DNA of 64,000 nucleotides, taken from NCBI RefSeq assembly GCF_009914755.1, contig NC_060925.1. One strand, written 5' to 3'. Within the stretch, counting starts at the first letter, position 1, and the number at the start of each line of letters is the position of its first letter. This document shows, one piece after another, positions 17,545 through 32,415 of the stretch. The position numbers were made by a program, and so were the translations under genes. A model generated the notes under the pieces. That model was not told the origin of the DNA. It did no database searches and saw only the letters and a list, made by a program, of their open reading frames with translations. Source of the stretch: the human T2T-CHM13v2.0 reference genome, Homo sapiens.

Positions 17545-17755
17545 TAAAATGCTTACTACATATAATACATGTGGCAAGGTGCTTTTATTATTTTATTTAA
17601 TCCATATAACAGTTCTATAAAGCAGATATTATTACCCCTGTTTTACAGAGGCAATATATCAGCAAAATTAAGAGATTTGCCTAAATTCCCACAATTAGCA
17701 AGTGGTCAGGATTCAAATCCAAGCCTCAAGGCATTGCTCTTTCTATCATAGCCAC
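17545..17755 (-). mobile_element. MIR
   Basis: 'attattacccctgttttacagagg...ttaagagatttgcctaa...ggattcaaatccaag'. Confidence 0.7.
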
Positions 17756-17831
17756 CAATCTAACTGTAATGTATTGTTATTCTGTTTTATCAGATTATCT
17801 TCCCCTTAGTAGTATATTTATTTTCACCTAA

Positions 17832-18180
<349 letters not shown>

Positions 18181-19296
18181 TAAAAATTTTGCATTTACGT
18201 ATAAACATTCAGAATATCACCAAAACAGGGGCAATATCATCATAATTATTTTATTATTATTATTTGCTATCACAGAGTAGTGTACAACTAACAGAACAAT
18301 TATATTGGGTAAGCTGCATGAAAAACAATTGAAGAGGGAAAAATAATATCTCCATATATATGTAATTGATTTGTACTATGCACTAATAAAGCCTGCCTTA
18401 AATTTCTGTTCTAGTTTAAACCCCGAAACAGTACCAGGCAAGGTTAGTGGCTATTGAAAATATCATTAAGGACAGGGTTATCTAAAGACACACTGGATAC
18501 TACATTAATTTTGCAAAAATAAAAAGACAGTATACAGTGTTCAGTTTAAAAACAAATCATATGATCTTACATTTCAGCTTTTTTTCTTTGAAATCAGTGG
18601 TGTAATGCGGAGTTAAATACTTTTAGGCAAAAAACAAACACATACACACACACTCACACAAAAACAAATTAATAAAACAAAAGCCTCTTTTAAAACCACC
18701 CTATTGACCATCATCATTTTTTTCTTCACCCTTTTCATCTTTCTATTCACCAATGTCTTTCCAGTCCTTTTTTTCTTTTCTTCTTTTTTCTTTTTCCAGT
18801 TTTTCCAACTTCCCCTTTCCCTGCATCAGACTTTCTTTTATCCCAGAATACAGCAATAGCCTTTATATCTATAATCTTAAAAGCCTTTCTTTCCTCAAGG
18901 CTGTATATTATCTGCAGCAGTAATTCTTCATTTCTTTCATTTCTCTCAGTTTTCTTACATCATCGCCAATGAATTAGCCAAGATGTTCTCCTGTGCTCTT
19001 TTGGTGAAATTTTCAGAACAAAACAAGAAAAAGGAGATCCCTTTGGTACATTAGAATCCTGGAACTTCTTTCTTCTCTCTCTTTCTCTCTCTCGTTTCCT
19101 TGTAGACAGAATATAGATTTTTGTTTCTTTCTTATAATGGGCCTGTTCACCTTCACCCTGTCTTCCAATTTTTTCTTTCTCTTTAGCAGAAATGAATTTC
19201 CATCTTTTCTGAACATAAAAAAAAGAAGAATTCTAAGAAGTTGACTGAAGCATCTGGGTGCTTTTTCTTGGGCTCCTTCTGGCAAGTTGGCAGAAC

Positions 19297-19545
19297 GAAG
19301 GAAAGAAGGCAGGGAAGGAGGGAGAGAGGAGGGAGGGAAGGAAGGAAGGAAGGAAGGAAGGAAGGAAGGAAGGAAGGAAGGGAGGGAGGGAGGGAGGGAG
19401 GGAGGGGGAAGGGAGGGGAGGGGAGGGAAGGAAGGAGGCAGGCAGAGAGGTGGGGGAAAAGAGAAAAAAAAAAGAAAGAGAAAGGAAGAAAGGAAGGAAG
19501 GGAGAGAGTGAGAAGGAGAGAAAGAAAAAGAGATAGGAAGAAAAG
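19297..19545. repeat. Polypurine tract with (GGAA)11 and (GGGA)n
   Basis: 11 consecutive GGAA at 19336-19379 followed by GGGA units; almost purine-only on the + strand. Confidence 0.95.
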
Positions 19546-20348
19546 CATGCAAAGGCATTTTGCCTCTTACTCCCTTGGATCTCCTTTCCCCAAGTGTCTA
19601 GTTAACTTTTCCTCAGCCAGGCAGTCACCCAGTACCTGTTTTGCTCTTACTTGCCCTGACACTGTCTGTAGCGCTTAATGCTTTGCCATGACTGTCTTCT
19701 TATTTAAAAAATAGTTCCATAATAAAAGTTCATTATTTCCTTCTGTCAGCCAAGAAAGTATGTAGCTTTCTATGTTTTCTACCTGTCTGTAACTCCAACC
19801 CTGCCCCAACATGAGGTCCTCTGTGTACTTTGTTTGACAGAGGCTTTGCTTTCTCATTCTTTAACAATGTTACTTCTCAAAAGCAAGCATAGGGTTAATT
19901 ACAGCTTAGACTCCACTAGGTTCTCCCAAAGCAATGCTTCCATTGGTTAATGGAGTGATTGAGTCTCTGCCTCTTTACCTGTTTTCCCCACTCTCAGACC
20001 TATTGCAATCCCTTTAATTGCTAAAATAACACAGTAGTAGCATACTGCTAAGAAAGACAGATGGAGAAAAGATGGGATTGGTTCTGCCACTTTTTAGCAA
20101 TGTGATCTTGGTCAAGCAAACTTTCTGAATCTTTACTTATTCATCAGTAAAATGGACTTAATAATCACTTATGTCTATTTCACTGATTGCAGCGACTTCA
20201 TAAATGAAATAATTCATGTGAAACTATTTTGTAACATGTAATGCCCTTTAAATATGTTGGCTGTTATAATTGTTACTATTACTAAATAGTAACCTGAAAA
20301 ATTATCGGTAGAGATAGTTTGCTAGCAGCTTGGTTCTTTCCTTGAGAC

Positions 20349-21100
20349 TGTTTTGGTTACCTTTTGTTATGTGACAAACCATCCCAAAACTTAGTGACTT
20401 AAAACAGGGGTCAGCAGCAAACTACAGCCCATGGGCCAACAGTCAGTTTTTATAAGTAAAGATTTATAGCCACACAGTGACACTCATGCATTTACACATG
20501 GTCTGTGTCTGCTCTGTGTTACAGGGTAGAGTTGAGTACCTGTGCCAGAGATGATATGACCCACAAGCCTAAAACACTGTCTGGTCCTTTAAGAAAATGT
20601 CTGCCCACACCTGGCTTAAAACAACAATGATTTATTATTTCTCACAATTCTGTTTTGGCAAACTGGGCATTATCGCTGCTGGTCTCACTTGGGATCACTC
20701 AACTGGCTGCAACTTTCTGATGGCTTGACTGAGACTGAAGGTCTCAGACAGCCTTGCTCACATGTCTGGCAGGTGGTGACTGTCAGCTGGGGCATCTTCA
20801 CTTCCCTGAACAGCCTTTCCTTCTCCAGTGGGGTAGACCGACTTCTTCACAGCATGGTTGTCTTGGGATGCTAATAAGGCAAGAGCAGAAATGCAAGGCC
20901 TCTCAAAGCTAGTCTCTGGAACTCATACAGTAGCATTTATATCATATTCTGCCAGTCAAGGCAAGCCACTTTGCCAACCCAGATTCAAGAGTTGGGGAAA
21001 TAGGCTCTACTTCTTAATGGCAGGAGTATCACATTGCAAAGGCCTATGGACCCAAACTAGTTTGATTCACTGGGGATGGCTATTAATATGATCTACCACA
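20349..21100. mobile_element. MLT1-family solo LTR interrupted by MER58A
   Basis: TG...ctaccaCA ends; 'acaaaccatcccaaaacttagtgacttaaaacaacaatgatttattatttctcacaattctg' reads through the MER58A insertion. Confidence 0.8.
20405..20613 (+). mobile_element. MER58A (hAT-Charlie MITE)
   Basis: CAGGGG...CCTG termini; 8-bp TSD (A/G)CTTAAAA at 20397-20404 and 20614-20621. Confidence 0.85.
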
Positions 21101-21246
21101 GACTACTTTAAGTAAACTGTTTCTATGTGGCCTAGATTGAGTTTGTATTTTGCAGAAACTGAATTCTGCTGGAATGTGCCAGTTAGAATGATCCTAGTGC
21201 TGTTATTATATAAACCTTTTTTTTTGTTGTTCTGTTTCATTGACAG

Positions 21247-21398
21247 CTTTTCTTAGTGACACTAAAGATCGAGGCCCTCCAGTGCAGTCACAGATCTGGA
21301 GAAGTGGTGAAAAGGTCCCGTTTGTGCAGACATATTCCTTGAGAGCATTTGAGAAACCCCCTCAGGTACAGACCCAGGCTCTTCGAGACTTTGAGAAG
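21247..21398 (+). CDS. PDE4DIP: Myomegalin internal coding exon (A)FLSDTKDRGPPVQSQIWRSGEKVPFVQTYSLRAFEKPPQVQTQALRDFEK
   Basis: Long pyrimidine tract plus tgacag| acceptor, consensus donor AAG|gtaagt; 152 nt open, phase 1 to 0; supplies LRDFEK at the start of CM1. Confidence 0.92.
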
Positions 21399-21600
21399 GT
21401 AAGTCATGTGAGTGGATAATTGTTATCCCAATTAGAAGCAGTACTATGGAATAGTGATGCCTGATAAAAATATGACCCATGGATTGGTCCGGATTATGGA
21501 TGGTATTATCATTATGGTGTCTCTTTCAAGAGCATGTCCCAATAAACATATGCTCTGTCAGCTGTGTGCTGGGGGGTGTGGTTATGGACCCTTGCCTGTA

Positions 21601-22101
21601 CAGCAGTCCCTCCTTTGGATGCCTCAAACTGCATAGTACTGAACCCTATATTTACTATGTCTTTTTCTATACATACATACTTAGGATAAAGTTTAATTTA
21701 TAAATTAAATGTTAATGAGGCTAACAGTAGTTAATAATAACATAGAACAATTATAACAATATACCAGCATTACTACTCTTGCACTTTTACATTGTTAAGT
21801 AAAATAGGAGTTACTGGAACACAAGCGCTGTGATACTGCAACAATCTGATAACCCAGACAGTACTGAGTGACTAACTGGTGGGCGATATATACAGCCTGG
21901 ATGTGCTGGACAAAGGGATGATTCAAGGGTGAGATAGAGTGGATGGCACGAGATTTCATCATGCTGCTCAGAACAATGTGCAATTTAAAATTTATGAGTT
22001 GTTCATTTCTAGAATTTTCTATTTAACATTTTCAGACTGTGGTTGACTGTGGGTAACTGACACCATGGAAAGCAAAACTGTGGATAAGGGGGGACTAACT
22101 G
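21601..22101. mobile_element. MER44/Tigger7-like TcMar element
   Basis: TA|CAGCAGTCCC...GGATAAGGGGGGACTAACTG|TA terminal inverted repeats with TA target duplication. Confidence 0.8.
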
Positions 22102-23829
22102 TACCAGTAAATGCTGCCTCATCACCTACACCCTTGGTTTACTTCTCAGATAAACTCAGGAAGTTTAAATGGCATTCTGAGAATCTGTAGCTGCAACATA
22201 GTGAGCCCAGGAGTCCCGGTCCAGCAGCTAGTATTAAATTCTCTGTTGCTAGCTTGGACCTCTCTCGATATCTAGGAATTGTCTGCAGTGTGCGGTGGCA
22301 CAGTAACAACCATTTGTTTCTCAACAAGAATCTGATAATGTTGCTTGAACCTCCTGAACCAGTGCTGCATGCTCTGCTTCTTCATATGTTTGTCCTTAGA
22401 TTTGACCAAAAACAATAACTGATAATGTAATACAGATTCCCCAGCTCCCTGTGAGCTGGGTTGAGCCCAGGAAGTCTGTACAAGAGAGCATGTCTACTGG
22501 GATTTAAATAGCCCAGAAACAGGCAGCCGGAATTTCTTATACTCTTGTGCTCTAAAAAAAAAAAAAAAAAAAAAAAAGGAAGAAAGAAATAGCTCTTTGG
22601 TGCCCCCTCAGGGATACCCAGCAAGCAGGTCCCACATAAATAATGTGTAAATAGTCTGTGAGATACTGGGGTTTCTCTCATTCTGGAATTGGAATTGATA
22701 ACTTTTGACAGAAAAAAAAAAGTAAAATTCTAATCTCAAAAAATTTTGTGTTGACATGGGTTTACCCCATCTTCCCTCAATTTGTAAGTAGAAATATTTC
22801 ACCAATACTTTCTGTACATCCTACCAGATATTTCTGTGGGCAAAGAATATGCACCATATAACGTGTGCCTAAGAATTAACAGCCTATTCTTCAAATTTTA
22901 TGCTTAGCATTCTCATGTATACTGTGTGTATGTTTTTTTTAAGACATGGAGAGTTTGCATGGTAATCAAGAGGCTTTTGAAGACTAAACCTCCGAACAGC
23001 TGTGTGGTGCTGGTGGGGGAAGCAAGGATGCTAACACCCCAACCCCCTCCTTTTTTTTGTTTTTTTTTTTCACCTTTTGGATCTGCTGTGATGCAGAAAG
23101 GGCAAGCAGAGCTGCAGAGCTCCTCAAAACTGTGTGGGGTGCTCTCCAAAGGCCAGCCAGCCTGCATGTTCCTTTTCATTGAGAGATGACTGGAAATATA
23201 GAAGTGAGGGGTGTCACCTCCATTGAAAGAATGGGTGGCAGATATAAGGCCCAAAGTCCTTTTCTTTTAGAGTTTAGATCTAATATGACAGATTAGTCCT
23301 TATTTCTCGATGCTGGGAAACACTGACAGAAACCAAGCTAAGACGCAGGGAAAAGGCCAATAAGAGATAGTTTAAATCTCTCTCTGCTATGTGTCAAATA
23401 AAAAGTAAATAAAGAGGCTACAACCCACTTCAGGCTTGATCAGAAAGTCATTGCCGGTAAATCATGCAGTGTTGTGTCACACGTTTGTTCATTTTCATAT
23501 CCATTCATCCATCCTGTGGACTCTGAATGACAGCACCTAAAATACAAAACGCCTCCATGAAAGGGTTTAAAAATTAGAGAAAACATTGGTTAGAAAAAAT
23601 ACAGGAGAGATAGGAACACATTCCTATGCCCTACCCTAAAAATGGTAAAATACTAAATAACATGGTATTTTCTGTAAAGTTTAAAATATGCATTTGGTAG
23701 CCTTGGGATATAGGATAGGTAGCAGTACTCAGAGAGAGGAGGGGACATGCTAAATGTTTTTTGCCAAAGTAGGGTTGACTCCTCCAGGGCTTAAAGACAA
23801 AGGGAGACAGGCCTGGAAGAAGCAGCCAG

Positions 23830-24150
23830 GAATCCCTTCTTATTTCATTTATCCATGCAACAAACACATGATCACATTAAATGAGATACTTTAGTTCCTG
23901 CCCTTAGATAGTTATAGTCTATTTGGAAGTACAGACATTGCATTAAATACAATATAGCATGGCAAGTGCTTTCATAGAGATAAGGACAGTACACTCTGAG
24001 ATCTTGAGAGAAAATGTCTACTTTTATTAAAGGAGTAGGGAAAGGCCTCTTACCAGAGGACATTTCTCCTGGGGGCTTCACGTTGAGCAAGGTCTCCAAA
24101 GCTGAGTTAGATTTTACTAGTCAGGGAAGTAGAGTATAATATTCCAGACA
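23830..24150 (-). mobile_element. L2 fragment
   Basis: 'ttcatttatccatgcaacaaacac...gttcctgcccttagatagttatagtctatttgg' antisense L2 3' end. Confidence 0.55.
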
Positions 24151-24759
24151 GAGGGGAGATTTGGGGGAAGGAAGAGAGATATGTTCAAATAAGAGACTGG
24201 ACTATAGAGAGGTAAGAAAAAGAGAGTTAGAACAGGAGAGAAGTAATACTAAAAGTACTCAATCTGTCAAAAGTAATTATAATTGTTCAGTAATGCAGTT
24301 ACCTCTAAAATGTTTGCTGATGTAGGAAATTCTAGAGAAAAAAGGCTCTTTGATTACAGGGAAAGAGATAACAGACTAAAAATGCAAATACTGGCACATT
24401 ATGGAACCAAAACATAATTAGTCAATTAACAAGCGAAAGTGACAATTATCATTTATGTTGGTGTAGAAAAAAGGGACAAAGAAAGCAACATTTCCAACAT
24501 ACAACAGTGTTTCTTTTCTTTCATTCTCCACCCACAACCAACAGCATGGTTGTATGTGTATACAAACTCCAATTGTATGTTTGTCAGGTTGAGGTCAATA
24601 GGTATTACACTCCATGATGAAAGGAGGGCATTGCTTAGCATATATGCTTCATTTGTATTTTTGAATGAGTGAGTGATTTAATTAATTTCCCAACCTTACC
24701 AACTTCGTTATGTAGGCGCTTTTCCCCACTCAGAGAATCCACTGATGAAGGGATTCTCT

Positions 24760-24816
24760 GTGGGTTTAGTGTATTGAGCAGTGGGTTTAGTGTATTGAGC
24801 AGTGGGTTAAGTGTAT
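24760..24816. repeat. 21-bp tandem repeat, about 2.7 copies (GTGGGTTTAGTGTATTGAGCA)
   Basis: Two exact copies at 24760-24801 plus a partial third. Confidence 0.9.
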
Positions 24817-25204
24817 CTCATAAGTTGTTTTATTTTGTCTTTATAAGACACGGAACAAGCATCACTCTCCCCATTTTTTAAGTGAGGGAACCAGGACTCA
24901 CGGAAATTGTGACTTTTTCAGGGCCATAAGTTTATGTACCATGATCATAAATCTGAACACATTATTGGATCAGAAATAAATTTTACCTACAAATGGTCAC
25001 AATGATGTGTTGAGAAAAATCCCTTGCCCTATGCTTTCTCGCTGATCACAGCACCCAGCTGCAGCATCTCTGGAATGAGCAAGACTTCAGCAGCACATAC
25101 ATAATACTGGCTAGCATTTGATGATCACTTTCTATGTGGCAGATATTGCTCTAAGTATGTGACAGCATGATCTCATTTACAACAACCTTGTGAAAAGGCA
25201 TGTT

Positions 25205-25900
25205 CACCAGTTAGAATGGCGATCATTAAAAATCAGGAAACAACAGGTGCTGGAGAGGATGTGGAGACATAGGAACGCTTTTACACTGCTGGTGGGAGTG
25301 TAAATTAGTTCAACCATTGTAAAAGACAGTGTGACAATTCTTCAAGGATCTAGAACTAGAAATGCCATTTGACCCAGCAATCCCATTACTGGGTATATAC
25401 CCAAAGGATTATAAATCATTCTACTATAAAGACACATGCACACGTATGTTTATTGCAGCACTATTAACAATGGCAAAGACTTGGAACCAACCCAAATGCC
25501 CATTAATGTTAGAATGGATAAAGAAAATGTGGCACATATACGCCATGGAATACTATGCAGCCATAAAAAAAGAATGAGTTCATGTCCTTTGCAGGGACGT
25601 GGATGAAGCTGGAAACCATCATTCTCAGCAAACTAACACAGGAACAGAAAACCAAACACCCTATGTTCTCACACATAAATGGGAGTTGACTAATGAGAAC
25701 ACATGGACACAGGGAGGGGATCATCACGCACAGGGGCCTGTCAGGGGCTGTGGGGCAAGGTGAGGGATAATATTAGGAGAAATACCTAATATAGATGACG
25801 GGTTGATGGGTGTGGCAAACCAACATGGCACACGTATACTGTGCAACAAACCTGCACGTTCTGCACATGTATCCCAGAACTTCAAATATAATAAAAAAAA
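25205..25900 (+). mobile_element. 5'-truncated L1PA (about PA7/8) inserted in a MIR
   Basis: ORF2 C-terminus '[33 protein letters not shown]', 3'UTR, A tail, TSD gaaaag(g/c)catg. Confidence 0.92.
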
Positions 25901-26688
25901 GAAAAGCCATGATTATTATTCCAGTTTACAAATGATGAACTAATGGCAAAAAGAATAACAAAGGAACTTGTCCAATAACTCATGATTGAGCCTGAAAACA
26001 CCTGATGTCTTTGTGACCTAAAGATAGTGGGCATGTCCTATGTTGGGGAACTCAGCTGGTGAAAGTTTGGTGCTAATGAAGGTGTTGGCTTATTTGGAAA
26101 TGGAATCACTAGTTCCTCCTATTTAGATTGATGCAGATTGAAATCCTACCAGATTCCTGCCTCTCTAGGTAAACTGTAAATCCACTTTTGTCTTCCAGTA
26201 TTCTCTATTACATGATTTTTACTCTATTAATTCTGAACTGCTTGCAATTCAAAGCTGTTTCATACTTTCATTTATTTGTACCTGCTGTTCCCTCTGCCTT
26301 GAAAACCTTTTCTCTCCTATTGTTTATTTGGTTAAAGTTTACTCATCCTTCAAGATTCAGCTCAGGTGCCTTTTTAAATTTATTTATTTTTTAATTTTAG
26401 GATGCCTTCTCTTACTCTCTAATCCCAGAATATATACCAAGACTCTAAGCTCCTTGAGGGCAGAAAACACCTCTTGCCCATTCTTTTCTAGTCTCTAGAA
26501 TATAGCATAATGTAGTACATAGTAAGTGCTCAGTAAATATTCATCAACTAAACTAGCTGAAAAGTATTAAAAATTAGATATCCTATTGGATTTGTATCTC
26601 TTCTGCCTCTACCTGGTATTCACAATAAGTTGAATAGTTTTAAGGAGGGTATTGGTGTGTTAGTTGATTGGGTAGGATGGGAAACTAG

Positions 26689-27018
<330 letters not shown>

Positions 27019-28420
27019 TCTTTTCCACTTTAAATGGAATGATAAAACTAAAAATGAAAAGGACGGGAGAGAAAGAGTCTTTTTGAAATAATATTTGACA
27101 GGATTTATTAAGAAGATCACAATAGTAGCTAATAACAATAAATACTATTTGAGTGCTCATTATGCACCAGGTACTTTTCTAGATATTTGACATATTTAAT
27201 TTAGTGTATTTTCAGTTCATTTTCCTAACTTATGAGATAGATATTATTTTTACAACCATTATACTAGTGAAGAGATCAAGGTTCAAATAACTTGCCCAAA
27301 GTTATATAAGAATAAAGTAACGGAACCACTGTAACTCCAATGATTCCAAAGCTCTTGGGGAAATGAAAGGACTCTCAGAGAAGGAGAGCATTACATTGGT
27401 GGAATGCCTGCATTTGGGTTTTTTACATAGAATCAACATGGCAGACGGTACAGAAAAGCCACGGAAGGGTGGGAGTCTTTGGCTATAAAATCAAGAGGGG
27501 GCCTCCACTGCCCTGTCCTGTTTACACATTTTTCTAATAATGTTGTCTTTAACAAGAAAATATCATCAAAACCAGCTGTAGTGTATGCCTAACTGTACTC
27601 TGCAGCTTTCCTTGGCAGTCTGAATCTAACCGCAGTGAGTCAGCCTGTTCAGGTCCCACCCATCCTGGTGAACTTTTCCACTTGAATCTTGAAGTCTTTG
27701 GGGAGAAAAAAGGAAAAAAAAAGTGCTAAAAGCAGAAGGCTTTTTCATTTTGGGGAGTTTCTGGAGCTCTGAGTTATCACAGTCTGGGTAACCTGTGCTA
27801 ATTTAGGTTAATTGGGGTCCTGTCACTGCCCTCTTTATGTTCCACAATTTTGGTGCTTCTCGAGTGTTTCTCTCTAATTACAGCCTTGGAAAATGAATAC
27901 TACTAGTGAAGTGCATTTTTATTTAAAAAAAATGCATTCATTCTTCCAAACCACAGTGTCCCAAACATACTGGTTTTGTTTTCACTGGTATCTTAAGACA
28001 TTCAAAAAGTTACTAGGAGGCAGGGGGTAAATATTAAACTTTCAGCAATCACAAGTGCAGTTTGTTTTCCCTTTTCAATCTCATGTTTAAAAAGGGAAAC
28101 AGAAGGCTTCCACACACAGGCATTCCACAGACTTTCCATGCAAAGTTTTCTTTCCTAAGCAACATTACCAAAGATATGAATCAAATCAATTACTTTTTTT
28201 CTTATAGAACTACAGAGTAAAAGGAATGCTTCTGAGTGCTGTAGAATATACAAAGATGGACATGAGATTCCATTCTCAAAGAATGTACAATCTGATTGGG
28301 GCATAAAAAAATTTAAATTATACAAGATTTAATTTAAATAACATCTAAGGCAATATTGAAAGAGATATTTCAAGATGGGAGTACTTGCCAAACTAATGTA
28401 TGTTTTTAAAACTTAAATAT

Positions 28421-28800
<380 letters not shown>

Positions 28801-29507
28801 TTACATTTGGTCATGCAATTAATAAAGAAACTTTATCAAAAAGAATGAAATTACAAAAGTTGGACAACCCTGAACATTCTGAAAGGTATGATTACCAACA
28901 CAGAAAAGAGAGCAACCACTTTCACAGAGAATGTAGCACTTGAATTAGAATAATTCTTTTCGTAATTTTAAATTATCTCCTTTCTGTCTCCTCATTAAAA
29001 CTTGTTTTCTTCTCTTCTCCCGTTGTTCGAAGAGAAGCCCTATCTTTCTTTCTGTGGACTTTGCAAAGTTTCCATTCTAATGATAATTTCCATTCCAATA
29101 CTAAATTTAAAAAATAGCAACAAAGATCATGATACCAATTAATATTTGTAAGTGCTTACAGTGTGCCAAGTTCTGAGAATGCACTTGACCTTATTATCTT
29201 ATTCAGTTCTCCTAATAGTCTTTTGAGGTTGGTACAACCATTGTCTTTGTTTGTAGAGAGACACTGAAGCTAGGAAAACACTAGTAATTGATGGCAAGTG
29301 CTGGAGCTGGGATTTGGACATAAGTGTACTGGTTCTAGTGCCTAAACTCTTAGCCACAATTTTATTATGCTTACTGATAGCTGACCCCCTTATTCATTTG
29401 TTTGTTAATCCACTCATCCATTTATGAGTGCATCGTGGGTGCCAGGCCATGTTCTAGCTGTTAGTTGCACAATGATCAAGAATGAATGTATGAAAATATG
29501 TATTTTC

Positions 29508-29805
29508 GGCCGGGCGTGGCGGCTCACGCCTGTAATTCCAGCACTTTAGGAGGCTGAGGCAGGCGGATCACCTGAGGTCAGGAGTTCGAGACCAGCCTGG
29601 CCAACATGGTAAAACCCTGTCTCTCCTAAAAATACAAAAATTAGCCAGGTGTGGTGGTGCACACCTGTAATCCCAGCTACTCAGGAGGCTGAGGCAGGAG
29701 AATCGCTTGAACCCAGGAGGCAGAGGTTGCAGTGAGCCGAGATTGCCACTGTACTCCAGCCTGGGTGACAGAGCTAGACTCCGTCTCAAAAAAAACAAAA
29801 AAAAA
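29508..29805 (+). mobile_element. AluS
   Basis: Alu consensus with A tail. Confidence 0.93.
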
Positions 29806-30149
29806 GAAAATGTATGTTCAAGGATGAGTGTTTATATTTCAGTATTCTCTATACCAATACAATATTAGTACTCAAGGTGAGGATTATTTCAAGTGTGGAA
29901 TATATATACAATAGAACATTATAGAGCAATGTACTGACTTGGGAGGATGTCCATTATAACAAATTTAAGATTAAACAAAACAACGGCAACAGCAATTTGA
30001 CTGAATATTACAAAAAATAAGATCTCATTTTTGAGGGAGAAAAGATGGAAATGTCTGGAAGGATACATACCAAAACATTGATATTGATTATGTCTGGATG
30101 ATGGAATTAGCCTATTGCCTTCTTTATAACTGAGTATTATATTTATTTT

Positions 30150-30910
30150 AATTATCTATTCATTGAAAAAATATTCTAGGGCTTTTACTATGTGCAGCAT
30201 ACCTTAAGCATTGCAGATACAATATTGAATAGGCAAACATGGTTCCTGCCTTCATAGAGTCTACAGATTAGCAAATTCCAACAGAATGTAATTATTATTG
30301 TAATAGAAGTAAAGAGTGCTATGGAATATATAACTGGGCACTTACTCAATCTGAAGAGATTGGGGGATTCAGGGAAAGTTTCCTAGAGGAAACTGCATCT
30401 AACCAGGGTCCTGAAGAAGGAATAAGAAGTAGCCACTAATAAGGGGGTGGTAGTGTGAGAATGAAGAATGTTCCATGCATAGGAAATAGCTTGAATCAAG
30501 ATCCCGATGAGAGAAAGAACCATAGTCAGTATTCCTAGAGAATGGGATGTAAGGAATGCAGAGAACTGAAACCAGAGAAAAGAGAGAGGAGTCATCATAC
30601 AGAGTCTTGCAAGTTATGTAAAGGCTTTTAAATTTTATCTGAGCTCAAGGGAACTGCTGAAAGCTTTTAGACAGAGAGGTGACATGATCAGATTTTCCTC
30701 TTAGAAAGATCCTTTTGGCTTCCTTATGGCCTCTGCATAGGAGGAGTAGTCTAGAGGCAGAGAAAACAGTTGCAGTATTCCAGGCAAAGGTTGGTGGAGA
30801 TGCCAGTATAAAAATTAGAGAAATGGACAGGTGAAAGAAATTTCAGAGGCAGAATTGATAGAGCTAAGCCATTGACTGGATGTAGAACCAGTGAGGCTGA
30901 AGAAACCCAA
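30150..30910 (-). mobile_element. L2 fragment
   Basis: 'tactatgtgcagcat...catggttcctgccttcatagagtctacag...gacatgatcagattt...agaattgatagagct'. Confidence 0.75.
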
Positions 30911-31794
30911 AGACGACTGATCACCAATTCATCTCTTCACTCACATCCTACCCACTGTCACCTTGTCGTAAACTTCCAGACTACCTTCACCTCTCTCTTC
31001 AATAACGTGAGTTATTTGTTCAAAGTCTGCCTTTTCTGTTAGAACATGAGCTCACTATAGCAGGGACAGTGGTTGTCTTTTCACTTCTAGATACAGTGAT
31101 TAGCATAATGCCTGGTACATAGTAGGCATGCCCTTTTCTTTTCTTCTTTTTTGTTTGTTTTGAACGAATAAATGATGTCAAGTTTTCTTGCTTGGTCAAC
31201 TACTAGGTTATGCCCTCCACTGAGAAAGAGAACAACTGGAACAGACAGGCACATGTAGTACTTTTATGACCACTGAAGCAACAGCAACACAAACAAAAAA
31301 CAGTAAAGCGATTTCTGTTTTTGGAAGAAAAGTAAAGAAGATTCTTCCTGTTGTTAAGGAACTCCAGATCTACTGGGGAGAGAGTCAAACAGATAATCCC
31401 AATATACTGTGAAATGGGCCACAATAAGAGTAGGTCCGCAGTGCTGTGGAAGCATTCAGGAGAAGCCCTTGCCCAGGCATTAGGGCCAGATAGGTTTCTT
31501 TTAGTAGGTAATATCTGACTTAGATCCTTATGGGTGAGTTGGGATTAGTTAAGTGAGAGATGGGTGGGAATTAAAGAGAAGTGAAATTCTAGGCTAATGC
31601 TGCTACCCATGCAAAGTCCTGGAGGCAGCATGAGCCTGGTGAATTCAGAAATAGGAGGCTTTCTGTCATGGATGGAGCAAGGGAGGGTCAATCGGGGTTC
31701 ATGTTGGCTCTATCTTTTCCCTTATCCCCCTACTTCTGGTCAAGGCATTATTGTTGCAGCCATGGGCATTCATGGTATCACTGTGGACTCTTGG

Positions 31795-32415
<621 letters not shown>

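Noticed and set aside
19013-19678. Long Pro/Ser-rich and Gly/Arg/Glu-rich ORFs
   Set aside because: Artefacts of the GGAA/GGGA simple repeat
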